64,000 nt of DNA from contig CDLV01000004.1 of assembly GCA_001244265.2 (NCBI GenBank), positions 682,001 through 746,000 of the forward strand, read 5' to 3'. A program made the translations under genes and the position numbers. The first letter of the stretch is position 1. Every line of letters starts with the position of its first letter. The stretch comes from Microbotryum violaceum (lineage: Eukaryota). Shown piece after piece: positions 40,371 through 53,644 of the stretch. The notes beneath the pieces are model-generated. The model saw only the letters and a program-made list of their open reading frames with translations, had not been told where the DNA came from and made no database searches.

Positions 40371-41773
40371 ATCATCGAAGAAGCGTTGATCCGAATCCAG
40401 CCTCTCGGATACTGGCATAGTGCGTAAGTAAGTTGTACGCCGTAAGGGTCGATTGAAATGGGTAGCACAAGGCCAAAAAGCTGGGCGCGACTTTCTACAA
40501 TAAGGCGAATCGTCTCGGTGACTCTCCGGAGCAAATGCAAGATGGCCCTCCGCGTAAGCGCTGAACGCGGAGTCACGCGCTCCAAGTCACGCGCTTAATC
40601 GCTCACACTGTCCTGCGTCTGCTGACGCGTCGCGTACCTGGCCAAAATTCGACTTGCTTACATTTTAAATGCTGGACTGTATGTTGCACCGTCTCCGTAT
40701 TTTCCTCGGATTGCTAGTCATGAAGCCAACCATTCCAGCTTGTTTTAATGTCGTGATACACTCAGATGAAGCAGACCACATAATGGGCAAAGCCAACGAA
40801 TCCCTCCTGGGTTGTCCTTTTCGTGATCGGGTCATTCACCCCGACCAAAGCGTCTGATCCCCAGCAGCTCATGATCCCTCGCGAGAACTCGCGGGGCCTC
40901 AGGTGAAACCCACCTGGGAACTTCGTGATGAAGCCAATCTGGCCGCAGCTCAGCGGCGCGCCTGGGTTGGGCGTGTAGGACCCGGGAAAGCTCAGCCCAA
41001 TGTGCGTAGGACCCCAGAAAGCCCAGCCGGAGGCGCTTTTTTTTTCTTTTTTTTTTTCTTCTTTTTTTTTTTTGGATTGATTGACATATTGAGGACCCAA
41101 GATCCGAAAATCGTCGAGGCGCATTGCAAAATTTGACATTTTGGGACGAAACACACGTTTTGCCCCCGAGACGCCTTTGCAGATTTTGACATTTTCCCCT
41201 GAGCATAAGCTCCCAAACCCTCCACTCTGTGGAGGGGCTTGTACCTTATCCGCGCGTTTGGCTGAGTTGCCTATCGAAATTTGGCCCAGAAAAGTACCAC
41301 CTTGCTGTAGCATGGCAAATAAAATCAACCTATACAATCTGTTTCACTAGGCGCATTCTTATGCTATTCTTTCGAGCGTCTACCCAAGGAACGACTCTTA
41401 CAAAGCCTATTCATTGAGCTACAGCGGTGAGAAGTCGTTATTTTCGTCTTGGAGCTGGCTCGCGCACGGACCCAGAGGGACGGTTCTTCGCGCCGACGTG
41501 AATCAGCCAGCCGCGCCTCACCGGCCTCACCTTCGGTCCACAACGCCAGTCCACGACGTCGCAACCGCCCTCACGATCCACCATGCCCGTACAAAAGCCA
41601 ACGCCTGTCAAGGGCACACCTCGTCGGTCTCCATCGATTGAGTTCAGAGAGTCGCCCTTACGATCAGCTTCGAGGGCAAAGCCAACGACATCGAGGGACC
41701 ATCAATCAACCAACACAACCCCCGAACTGCCTACCCCTCGCTCTCGGGCTGCTCACTGGAGATCACAATTGAC

Positions 41774-43900
41774 TCAAGAAGATCGAGTTGACCTGATTGA
41801 GTTACGCAAGAAGCTCAGACTCCTCTTGGTCGACAAATTTGGCGAGGACTTGAGTAGAAGGAGTAAGTGTGGCAGATGCGTTCGGTAGTGGGAAACGCCT
41901 TCAGCGGCCTGGAGGAAGGGAGACATGCGCTCCCAACCATGGATGAGTCGACCAATGTCTCCTTGCAAAGTGGCGTAATACCCTTCCTCGAAATCGACCA
42001 AGTCGCGCAGCCGACGGAGCGAATCATAGAACACGGGAGCCTTTTCCATGTTCACCTTTGCTCGCTGCACAGCGTCAGAGTGCAAGTATCGATCGAAGAC
42101 CTTCATGATCGCGACATCGAGTCCAGTGAGGTGGGTTTTTCTGAGCTCGTCAATTGATATGAGGCCAAGTTCTTGTCTGCATGCATAACAGAACGAGCTG
42201 TTAGCAGCGCATAACATCATTTTGCCCTTGGCTTTATGTGCATAGTTTGGGACCATATCACTCACAGAAGACAGCTCAACAGCTCCAGTTGAGTGGTGTC
42301 TCGAAGCAGCCTTTCCATCTGGTTGTAGTCCTTAATTTTTTGAGGTCCAGTCCTTTGCGGCCAAGTAGATTGGCGGTGATGAAAAGCGACCCTCGATATT
42401 TCGATCCTCCCAACGGATCCCCAAAGTATCGTCAGCAGATTGCTGCCCCAATGCACCATTGCAAATGAGTCACGCCTGGAACTGTGATTGTAGTCCCTAG
42501 TCCATCGTACAGTCGTCGAAACGGAAACTGGTTCCTACGAAGTGACTCGACAAGCATTGAGCTCCCGCCATCACATTCGAGTATCCGTAGAGAGTCCGTG
42601 TATTCTTTCTCCGAGTCCGAGTTGCATCCGCAGACGGCTGATGAGTTTTGCTACATCTGCGGTGGATGTATCGGATCCGTCCATCACCTGAAGCAAAGTA
42701 ATGTTGGGTTTTCGGACATCCAGTTGTTCGATTGGCTCTGGTGTGCACCGAGGATCGTGAAGCGTGAGGCCGAGATGAGAAACCAGTCGGGCAAGCGCTC
42801 GATACATCTGGGCGGAAAACCCTGTGGCGAAGGCTTCCTCAGACGCTTCAGCGGGCAAGAAAAGGTTTACATCGACCGGAGGTAACAACGCTTGATGCGC
42901 AATGTATGCTTGAAGGTCGTACGCGTTAGCCACGTCTCCATTCTGAACGTGCGCATATCCGAAAGTCCCATGAAGCAGCTCGGAACATCGATCAAGGTGT
43001 TCGTCATTGACGTGATGTGCAACGTCGATGTTGTCAAGAGTGACATGGAAGTAGCGGGTTGACCTGATCTCCTTCAGCAACGCCAGATTGGCCATTGTCA
43101 GGCTCAAAGCTGCTCGTCGAGTCGTACGGCGAGAGGTCGTGAGGCCACAGTCGTACAGGAACGTCGTCAACCGATCGTTCGCTCCACATGCGAGAGCCAT
43201 GAGACCGTTACGATGCTGCATAGCATTGTTTCTTTGGTTACACGCAAAGGCAATCTGACCCATTATCGAGCGACAAAACTGCGGCAAGTCAATAAACGCC
43301 ATCATCAATTTGACTTTGACCAAGGGGCTGAGCTCAGGCAATAATTATGCACAAATGATACATGTTGCTCTTTGAAACACCCCCGTTCTTCATCCGACCC
43401 AGAGCTATCCTCTTGAGCGTCCTCCATGTCAACGTCCGTAGAATCCGAGCCGAGTTTGTCGCAGTTTGATTCTTCGACTGGTGGTGGGTCTCCGCAGTGA
43501 GACAACAGGTTGCGGATGCGTCCACTGATGAAAGAGTTGCTTTCGACTGTTGCGTCGAGGCTTGCGTCAATCTGATCAGATGCCAAGACTTCAGGAGCCA
43601 TGTCGTGACTGGAGACGAAGGCGGATTTGGTTCGTTTCATCTCTTTCACAATGATTGAGTCAGACTGCACAGGTAGGATGCAAGTGTTTAAGAGGTTTTG
43701 CCGCGGTCTTGTATCCTGATCTGATATGCTGGAGTGTTACCCACCTGGTTGGCGATCCAATTATTGATTCGGCCTCGTGCGTTGGGCCATCTTCGCGGGC
43801 GAGTTGTATGATGAGATCAAGTACATGCTGGAGCTGGGTCCAATTACCGTTGAAGAGCTTTGGCCTATGGTTGTGAACACCCTCGTGTTGTGTTGATGGG
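41774..43900 (-). pseudogene. DUF6589-type putative transposase (possibly Academ-related), frameshifted
   Basis: NQRNNAMQHRNGLMALACG, TLDNID, LHGTFGYAH, VPGVTHLQW, QGDIGRL..WERM. Confidence 0.75.
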
Positions 43901-44249
43901 CTGAAATACCACGAGAGGTATTGACATAGCGAGAGCTTGTGAAGCCGAAACCGAGCGAGTAGATCCGCTTGACGGTGGCTATTTATACGCCCCGCAATCG
44001 AATTTCCGCAGACAGATGAACTACTCCAAAGCTTCACAATCACACTCGCAAGCGAAGTCTCTCTCTTATCAACAGGTGGCATCGAAAAAAAAAAAAAAGC
44101 CTTGACGAGATTGGAGCGAGGTTGCTGCATCGATTTCATCGAAGTGTCCGTGCCTCCGACAAGGCCGACGGCAGGAAGAGCGCTTTGAAGACTGAAGCAA
44201 TTTTCATGCGACGTCATTGCAAGTGACCCTAGATCACATGAGCACTCCA

Positions 44250-45709
44250 TCAGATTGTCGAAACTTGGTAGGGTACTATGATGTGCAGTCCCAGCTCTGT
44301 GTAATCCCTCAGAATCGGCACACCTTGCTCGCTCGAGATGGCATCGAGCCCGATGACTCTCGGTCGCTCTGAAGTCCCCGCGCGGAAAGGTTTGAGCACT
44401 CTAACCTGGCCAAGGTAGTCTAATTTATTCGTCTGACTCTCGTCCATCCAGGTGACGAGGAGCAAAGTGAACTTTCCGTCTCGTCCGACGCTAAAGATTG
44501 CTTCGACTTGGGCGAATACGACACGGTCCCTTGAATCCGGTGGAGCACCAAGAACGACAAAATCATCGACGCGCACGGTGACCAGTCGAGCTCGGATCCG
44601 ATCGTCATACCGTACTTTCGAGTGGTACAGTTGGCGATCCCGTTTTTTCGAATACCACGCTGGAAATTCGACGCCGGAAGGCTTTCGATGAGCGGCGGAC
44701 ACCTCGGATCCGTTGGGCCACTTGGCAACTTATCGGTCGCCGCGAGCGTGACTTCCAGGCTGAACGCACGGCTTTGCTTCCTGTCGAGACGACTCATAAG
44801 ACGAACCCTTTTACACTGTTTTTTTGGAAAGGAAAGGGAAGTTGGTCCAATCAATGATAAAGCTCCGGCCGTCCTGCGCAATAAATCGTTATCGGGCATA
44901 CTGACCGGTCTTTGATCGAGGTCGTCACTGTCGCAGAAACGGTGCGAGCGCGGAAGATAGATTTCCGACAGGAGAGAGTAGACAGCCGCGCGGGAAGGAA
45001 GCCCCGAGCGCTCCCTAACTAAACAGAGCAAACTCCAATACCAAAATGACTAATGACTAAACGCACGCGCAACCGTGCAGATACCACAGGCACAAAAATA
45101 TATCAAATGACACCTCAGCTGGCGCCTTGAGGATGGCGAATCGGCTGCGGCTTACTGGGAGACTCGGAGGATGGTCGCGATGTTCGGACCCAAGGGGCGG
45201 CTCGATGACCGAGTCATACTTCTCCCGCACGCCGTCGAGCTGCTCTGGCGCAAGGAATGGACTCTGAAGCCGGAGGCCAGGTGGACCAGGTGGACGGAGA
45301 AGATGCTTTACAAAGATCTGTTCCCTTCGCCTCAGGATTGCCAGGATTTGATGCTGCCGAAACCAGTCAGTCGCGAGCTGTCGCGGGCGCAGCGCTGGCG
45401 CGATGTCAATTTTCGAGTCGACACCTGCTGGGTTTGGCTCTTGCGTACTGCAGTTGACTCCCAAGGGAACGCGCTCATTTGAATGCAGGGTGCCACCACA
45501 CGTTCTTCCGAATCTAGCAGCAAAACAGCTCGATTTTCTGACATCCGAGAACGGTCCATCGCCAACAGAAGAAACATTATCTCAGCCGCCCCAGCACTGT
45601 ACTGTGCCGTGGACCCTATGAAGAGCTTAGAGCCACTCGATCCTGTACACAGATGCTTATCAGTCAAAGACGAACGGACGTCGCTTCTGCCGTGCGCCAT
45701 ACTGCCCAC
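44250..45709 (-). pseudogene. TE-associated coding remnant ending in a BAH-like beta-rich domain
   Basis: VRVDDFVVL...FAQVEAIF...LLLVTWM in ORF 44250-44702, with fragmented co-oriented ORFs upstream. Confidence 0.35.
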
Positions 45710-45925
45710 TGTATCTCAGTAGTTCTTCGGTTTTACTACTCAGTTTTGCATACCCAGAAATCCTATGCTACAGCCAGTTGAAAAAGATCCAACAGTACAG
45801 TGTACTATGAACGTGTCCACCGCATCAAGGAGGTTTCAGGAGTGCAATTTTTTTCGACCGGTCTTCCACCCTTGGTAAACGAAGCGAACCATGCGCAATC
45901 CGACCCCTGGTCTTGAACCATTGGC

Positions 45926-46040
45926 AACCTCGGCAAGGAGTTGGAGAAGTTGATTCCGAAGTTACCGAACCTACCACCGAGGTTGTAGAACCTGACGCCG
46001 AAGTCGGAGAACCTCATACTGAAGTTGGAGAACCTCGGCA
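45926..46040. repeat. Degenerate 21-bp tandem repeat
   Basis: Repeating GAAGTTGGAGAACCTC-like units, translating as EV(G/V/T)EPxx. Confidence 0.7.
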
Positions 46041-47809
46041 CAATCCGAAAAACCTGAGCACCAAGTTGCCACCTTTGGACCGAGTGAATGCACGGTAACC
46101 AACCTCACCTCAAGCGCCCACTGCACACCGTCATGGACGCTCCTCGAGGTCCCACACCGTGAAAACTTCGCGCGCGCGCGCCGAACCATGGCAAACCTCC
46201 CGGCCAGGTGCGGCACCGGTCTAAACGGTCGCCTCGTTTTGGCCTTTCTTGCTGTGTTGCAGCGCTTAACGGTGGATAAGATGCGCATAAGGACGCATGC
46301 GCGCATAAGAGCGCTTACGGACCGCTTTGCGTATGCAAACAAAGCGCGCGAGGAGTCTTAAGCGCGCCGTATGCGCGCCGTAAGCGCGCCGTAAGTGCGC
46401 CGTAAGAGTCCCTTATCTAGGGTACACTTAAGCGACACTTAACGCGCGCGCGGCTTAACGAGTGGTTCGACTCCTCCATAGTGCGCGCTGTTTGTGGCGT
46501 TTGTTTTAGGATGGAAGAGTCGAGTTGCAGTGATAAGAGAAAAACCCGCACTCCGTAACAAACGGAGGGTTTTGTAAACAGGAGTTATGAACAAGTAGGG
46601 TGGGAGGGAGGAGCTCAATAAATAAATAAATGGTCGATCGGCTTTGCTCAAAGAGCGCAGGTCCGATTAGTACCTAAACACTGCAACTGAATTGGGGGAT
46701 AGGGCATACCTTTGCTCGAAAAGCGCAGGGCGATGGCAGGGGAGGAAGCGACGCGGTAGGTAGACGCGGCCAAACGAGGTCTGTATACAAGGTAGCCCCA
46801 TGAGTCAACTTGCCCAACAAGGACAAGGAATTTGGCAACATGCCCAACAAGGACAGTCGTGATCCGGAATGCGAACCTTAGCTAGAAACAGCGAGCCGCG
46901 ATAGTGCGAGTCTCGAAAAGTTCGCCCTTGCTCTAAGCAGTGGGTGCGATACGACCTTGCAAAGCAGCGGGTACGGCGGCTGCTTACAACGTAGTGGCAG
47001 GCTAGCTCATCAGTCCAACTGTCCAACAAGGGCAGAGGGCTTACGAGGGATGTTACCCACTTTGAGTGAGTAGAGACTGGCAGGGGGGGTGCCGGAACCA
47101 CAACACGAAACGCTGAGGCGTGCGGGACGACGAGGGAGAGGGAGAGGAAGGGCCCGTGCGCACCAGCAGGTGAGCAAGACGGGAGGCCCAAGGGGGCCGG
47201 GAAGAGTGCGTGCTGGCACAGGGTCCAAAGAATGCGTGTTCGAAGAGTGGAGGGCGAGCGGGCCCCGTTAGGCCGAGACCAGCGCGCTTGAGCTGTCCGT
47301 GTCAAAATCTTGCAGCAAAGGCCGAAAAGACTATAAGGGCGCTTAAGAGCAGCTTTAGGCCGCTTAACGACTGCTTTACGAGGTTTCGCGCGCTTACGCG
47401 CGTTTGGCCATTTTGCTGATGTGTCCGCGCGCCGCCGAACCTAGTGCAGTTCCGCCGGTGGCAAATTGGCGCGTATATTATGTACTTGAAAGTGAATCGC
47501 ATGATTTTGGTTAGAGTCTTTGTTTAATCAGGAGCTACCCTTGAAAGATTAGAGAGCATCTACGACCCGTCGCCGAGCCATCATCGAGCCCTGCACCGTG
47601 ACTAGCGGTACAACGGTGCCGGCCCGGCATGAAACGAAGCGGATCGAACAAGCGCGAACACGTCAAACGACACGTCAGCCGAAAAAAAGGACGGGCACCT
47701 GCCGCGCGATTTCGATCCCCTTCTTCTTTCACTTGGCCTCCCTCTCTCTCGCCTTGACACACAGACCCCGTCTCGTGTCGGTTGCTAACCACTATCCACC
47801 GAGTGCACC

Positions 47810-50794
47810 ATGCGGCTGTCGTTAGCTACACTGCTACCGCTCTTGAGCGTCTCGACAAAGACTTTATGTTCGGCCGCGTCCCTGCTCGCGATCGATCTGG
47901 GTACGGACTCGCTCAAGGCTTCGCTCGTCAAACCCGGAGTGCCTTTCGATGTGCTGTTGACGAAAGAAGGAAGGAGGAAGACACCGGTGGTAATGACGAT
48001 CAGGAAGGGGGAGCGTAGCTTTGGTGGCGAGGCGGTCAATTTGGTACGTTTCGCCTGGTGGCCCAGCTCGGGTCCCGACTTTGGGCAGGCGCACGGACGA
48101 TGTTCACGTCTTGCCCTGCCAAACACGACTCGTGGCAGAGACGTGATGAATGTGAACTAAAACTCCCGCTCTGGTTCGAACAGGCTACGCGTTCCCCACA
48201 AGACACGTTCTCTTCTCTCAAGCTCGTACTCGGCCACCCTTCCTCGCACCCTCAATCCCAACTCCACTCCGCGCTCTACGACCTCCCCATCTCCACCACC
48301 GCGCGAGGATCGCCTTCTCTTTCATCCTCTTCAGGTTCATTTGCGATCGAAGAATTATTGGCGATGCAGTTCACGAATACGCGTGAATTGGCCGAAGAAG
48401 TAGCCGGTGAATTCGTCAAGGACGTCGTCGTAACCGTGCCCGCTTGGTGGACTCAATCCGAACGACAAGCTGTGATCGATGCGCTCGACTTGGCTGGGCT
48501 GAGATCGATTGGTTTGATCAATGATGGAACGGCTGGTTCGTAATTCACTTGAAAGTTGCGGCGGCGAGAAGGAAAAAAAAAAAGGAAAAAAGACTGACCC
48601 TCCTCTCGGTTTGTGATTTACGTTTCCAGCCGCGGTCAACTATGCCATGACGCGTTCGTTCCCTTCCGAATCGTCCTATCACCTCTTGTACGATCTAGGA
48701 GCTGGATCCTTACGTACGACTTTGGTTTCCCTTAAATCGTCCCTCCTGCCCGACCCTTACTCGTTGGCCTTCAAACCCGAACTCAAGAACGTCACTTCCC
48801 TCACCGTCCTTGGCGTAGGCTTCGACGTCCACGTCGGTGGATACGTTTTCGATAAGATCGTGAGGGATTTGATGGTGGAAGAATTCGAGAAGAACGGTCC
48901 AGGTTCCAAAATGGATAAGAAGGCTATGGCCAAGTTGTTGAAAGAGGCGAGTAAGGTTAAGCAAGTTTTGAGTGCGAATACTGAGAGTACGGCTAGGGTA
49001 AGTTAGACAATTCTAGGGCGTCTTTTTGAACCGATCCCCACTTTTTTTTGGTTGCTCATATCCTCTTTTTCCGACTCTACCCAGATCGAAGGCCTGATCG
49101 ACGACATCGATTTCAGCACGCTCATCACTCGTGATCAATTCGAACAACGCAGTCAAGACCTCTTACCCCGTTTCACCCAACCTATTCAACACGCCCTCCT
49201 CTCCGCAAACATTACCATTCCCCAACTCGAATCTGTCATTTTAATCGGTGGTTCTTCCCGCGTTCCAATGGTTCAAGCCGCGGTGGCAGCTTTCGTAGGC
49301 GAAGACAAGATCGCCAAGAACGTTAACGCGGATGAAGCTGCCGTTCTAGGAGCGGCTTTGTATGGTGCAGGTTTAACGAAAGGGTTCAGGACGAAGGATA
49401 TTCGAGTACAAGATATCACACCTTTCGGTATCGACGTAACTTACCCCGTCGATACTAAAACGAACGAACGAGAACCTCCTAGGATCATCACTACTCATTT
49501 ATTTCCCTCCGGTTCGAAAACCTCGATCAAGAAAACGATGACTTTGAAAAAAACAAAGGATTTCACTCTTAAGTTTTCTTATCAATCTCCTTCGAATGAA
49601 GCTTGGAAGGAATGGGTTCCTCAAGATTTGTTCGAAATTAGTTTGAAGGGGATTGAAGAGAAGCTGGTCAGTTTGACGGAGGAGGCTTTGAAGAACGTTT
49701 CGGTTTTGGTGACGATCGAATTGGATGGTTCGAATATGGTTAAAATCGATTCGGCGACGTTGAAATTGGGGGAGGAGAGGGAGGAGAAGGAGAAGGATAA
49801 GGAGGGGATTAATGAGAAGATCAAGGGGTTGTTGACCAAGTTTGGTTCGAAGAAGGATAAGAAGAAGGAAGGGGCAGGGGAGGGGGAGGGGATGGGGGAA
49901 CAGAAGGATGAGGAGGGTGAAAAGGAAGGGGAGGAGAAGGATCCTTTGGAAGGTCTCGACGCGGAGAAATTGGACGAGTTGCTCAAGATGTCGATGCCAC
50001 CCCCCAAGAGTATTCACTTGACACCTACGACGGTTTCGCTCGAACGCGTGCCCATGTCCGCGGAGGAGAAGAAGGACGCCCGTACGCGTATGAGGGAGAT
50101 GAAGCTCGCCGAAACGCGCAAGTTGCAACGCGAAGAAGCGAGGAACGTCCTTGAGGCTTTCCTCTACAAGGCCAAGGGACTCATTACGTCGTCCGAGTTC
50201 GAAGGGGCTTCTCAACCTCATGAGAGGAAGACCTTGGAAGAGAAGGTCGCATCGACGAATGAGTGGTTGTGGGACGAAGGGGATTCGGCACCTACCAAGG
50301 ACCTCAAAGCCAAGAAGGCCGAATTGGATAAACTCGTCAAGCTCGTTTCGAATCGGATCACCGAGGCCAAGTGTCGATCTGCTTCGATCGAATCCCTTAA
50401 AGGCACATTGGCGTCCGTGGCTCCTTTCGTCGACGCGGCTAAGAAGAATGATTCAAAGGCCGAGGTACCCAAATATACCAAGGAGGAAATGGAAGGCGTT
50501 AGCAAGATGGCCAAGGATGCGGAGGAGTGGTTGGCTGGGTCTAAGAAGAAGCAGGATGCGTTGAAAAAGTGGGATGATGCGGTGTTGAAATGCGCGGAAA
50601 TGGATAGAAAGGTCAGGGAGATTGAGATCGAGTTGACGAGGTTGAGGAGGAAGAAGCAACCGAGGAAGCCGAGGGTCGTCAAGAAGCCCGAGGAGACCAA
50701 GGAAAAGGAGGAGAAGAAGGAGACGAAGGGTGAGGAGAAGAATGGATCAGAGACGGGTGGGGAGGAAGCGGAACACAAGAAGGACGAGTTGTAG
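47810..50794 (+). CDS. LHS1: ER lumenal Hsp70-family chaperone/nucleotide-exchange factor (Lhs1/GRP170/HYOU1); exons 47810-48043, 48184-48535, 48630-48997, 49085-50794
   Basis: Signal-peptide-like N-terminus, AIDLGTDSLKASLVKPGVPFDVLL, YDLGAGS, LIGGSSRVPMVQ, NVNADEAAVLGA, REEARNVLE, C-terminal KDEL. Introns splice in frame. Confidence 0.93.
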
Positions 50795-51033
50795 AGAGTG
50801 GGGGTATCCCTCATTCACGATCGCTGCATAACACGTTCTATCGTAGAATACATCTCTTTTCTTTCCCCTCTTCTGGAATCTTTGACGACAACATAGCACG
50901 TACTCTTTGAGCGGAGCGATATTACATTCGAGAAGCTACTCTCCTCGAATTGTGATCCGACGGGAGTCTACCAAAAAAGCAGCAAATAACTTGACATGTC
51001 AACAACCTATTCAGTCGTTACCCCAAGCCCCTT

Positions 51034-53145
51034 TCACTCTCCACTCGTCTCCCTAACCTCCCTCGCCGCGGCCTTCAACGTCGCATCCACATTCGCCTGA
51101 TGCAATCGAATCATCATGTCCTGATCTTCAGCGCTCAATGCCTCCAAGGCCCCTTGTTGGTTCGACCAATCGGCTTGGAATCCTTGACGCGCTAGGTTGG
51201 TGGAGGCAGTCGCGGAAGTGGGAGGGGTGGAGACTGGGAGGTCGGTGGGGTTGTTTAGAGGGTGCGTCGAGGGGGTAGGCTGGCCATTCGAAAGAGGCTG
51301 TGGGGTATGGGGGACGACTTGAATATCCTCCATGGTGGCTTGGGATTGATGATTTGTTCCCAGTATGATGGCCATCGCCGCGTTGATGGAGGCATCCGCG
51401 GTAGTATTCGTGGGGGGTGAAATCGCTTCGTTGGAAGGGACTTCAACGTCCAGTAATGTTTGATCGAGTGGTGGTACGGGCAGGGTCGGAATGTTCTTTT
51501 CGACGTTCAGGTCGAGATTGGGAGTCGAAGTTTGAGTATCCCTCGATTTCGAATTCGAAGCATGTGCAGGCTGGGTCTTTCGACGGGTCCTCACTTTTTT
51601 TTGCGGTCGAGGTGGAGTTGCAACTGGCTCGGGCGTTTGAGAGGCCGATAGAGCGAGTAGGACTGGATCGACGGGGGGAGGGGAACGTCTGCCACGCTTT
51701 CGGGTGGATGGTCCTGGCCCTGGCCCTGGTTCGTGCTCGTTCTCGTCTTCTAATGCGGGAGTTGTTGCTTTTGCTGCGAGAGATCTCAGGAAATCTCGGC
51801 ATCAGCGACTCAACCTTTTCTCTCAAATCAAGGGACATTGCACTCACTTTTGCCTTTCCCATTGGCCTCTTTCCTTCTCTCCTCCACCACAATACCCATA
51901 TACCTCCTAATCTGATAATTTGTACTCTTGACGCCGCCCTCCATACCCTCTTCCCAAGCCCTCTCTTCAATTTTTTTCATCATCGATTCATCCGTATCAC
52001 TCTCCCCCATCAACTCCCTCACCCATCCCAAAACATCAAGTTCGACGACCCTCATCTTCTCATAAACCACATGCCAAACTTTATGAACGAGATGAACGAC
52101 GACCTCGCGATTCGTCATATCAAACATCAAACTGACCATTCCACCACAAGCGAATTTTTCGACTCGACCTCCCTCACGTTTGTGATCAGTCTTGCGAGCT
52201 TTCTTACCATCGCGTGGTCGATCGTTGCGAGAGGTTTGGGAACACGTGTATCGAAATTTGAGACCGTGACTGGTGGGGATAGCGTCTTTGAAGACAAAGT
52301 GCCAACGAGAAGAGAGGGAGATGTCCGAGATGAACATTGTGGAGAGGGGTTTGAGCAGGTTGCGCAGATCGGGTATGAGGTGAACGTTTTGGATCGAGGC
52401 CTGTGCGTTGAGCTCAAAGATGAGATCCCCGAGTCATGTCGGAGACTTGGTTGAACGCTGTGGTACGCACCAATTCAGGAACCAAGAAGGCCGCTTCGAG
52501 GTCGATCAAATCGGTCTTGTGTTCGACTTGAGTTTCCAACCGATCCAAAAGATCTTGGAAAGGTGTGTATTCCGCTTTACTCGGTTTGTGATGCTTTGAA
52601 CACGTCTGAAACACCGCCCAAAGAACGATGAGTCTCGGGGGAAGAGACGTTGATCGAGAAGAGGATGATCTGTGAAAACGCACCTTGTGCCACCTCGTCC
52701 TGAGAAAATCCCACGAGTCGACCGGCGTAGGCACGGCACCGCCTTTGCACAATGCACAGTCGACGCGTGGGGGAGGGCGCCAGTGAGGATTGGTGCTTAT
52801 GAAGGTGATGGGGACGATACTTGATGGGGCTGGTCCAACGGGTAGAGGTTGGGCTGGAGGTGCTTGAGCCAAGGCCGGGATGGCGATGGCGATGGCGATG
52901 GGCGACTCGGATGCTTGAGCTGGAGCGGAGGGTGTTGCAACTCTGACACGCTCTTCCTCCATCGCGGCTTGAGCGTCTTCTTCCTGATCCAACCTCTCTT
53001 CTTGTTCATCGTTGTTCATCTCCTCTTCGCGCTCAGCTTCAGCGGAAGCGACCTCTGATGGAGTGTCGATCCTCTTCGCAAGTGACGACGATGGTGGTGT
53101 CCTCTCCGCTTTGACGATCCTTGACGACGACGAGGAAGAGGCCAT
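51034..53145 (-). CDS. Uncharacterised protein with a WRKY/GCM1/FAR1-like zinc finger; apparent frameshifts
   Basis: FRYTCSQ...EKFACGGMVSLMFD...VHLVHKVWH and an upstream CALC...CSKH. Frame changes near 52428, ~51870 and 51598. Confidence 0.55.
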
Positions 53146-53644
53146 TATTTGATGTGTAGCACGAGTACGGTTCAAAGAGGCTTCGTGTGGGGGGAACAGG
53201 GGAACAGGGAACAGGGGAGGTGATGCCACGAACGCCAACCGACGCGCAGACGTCGGAACGCGCCTCGGTTTCCCGCCCAACTGAATGTGGGCAACAAGCC
53301 CCCCTGCAAATCCCGGAACAGTTTGCATGCGTAACTGGGTCTATCGTTTATCATCACTCGCCTTTGACGGTGCTCTTCCATATCACAGCTTGACCAGGAT
53401 GGGCATCCAATGTCCAATCTTTTCCGACTACGGTTTTTACCACCTTCAATTTTTTCCAACCCTTCATCCGAGACTATAAGTATTGGCAATCACGCCGCTC
53501 CCGAAATTCCCGAACTTGAACCAGCTCTTCGCGCCAATCCGATGATCAGCTCCACTCGTCTCGAGAGTTCCCCTCGAATATCGAGGAAGCCGAAACGCAA
53601 AAGAAGTTTACAATCATCCCCAAACCCCCTCCTCACTACACACT

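Noticed and set aside
49499..52454. Long antisense ORFs over LHS1 and the neighbouring gene (e.g. 51417-52454 +)
   Set aside because: Shadow frames of biased, low-complexity coding sequence on the opposite strand.
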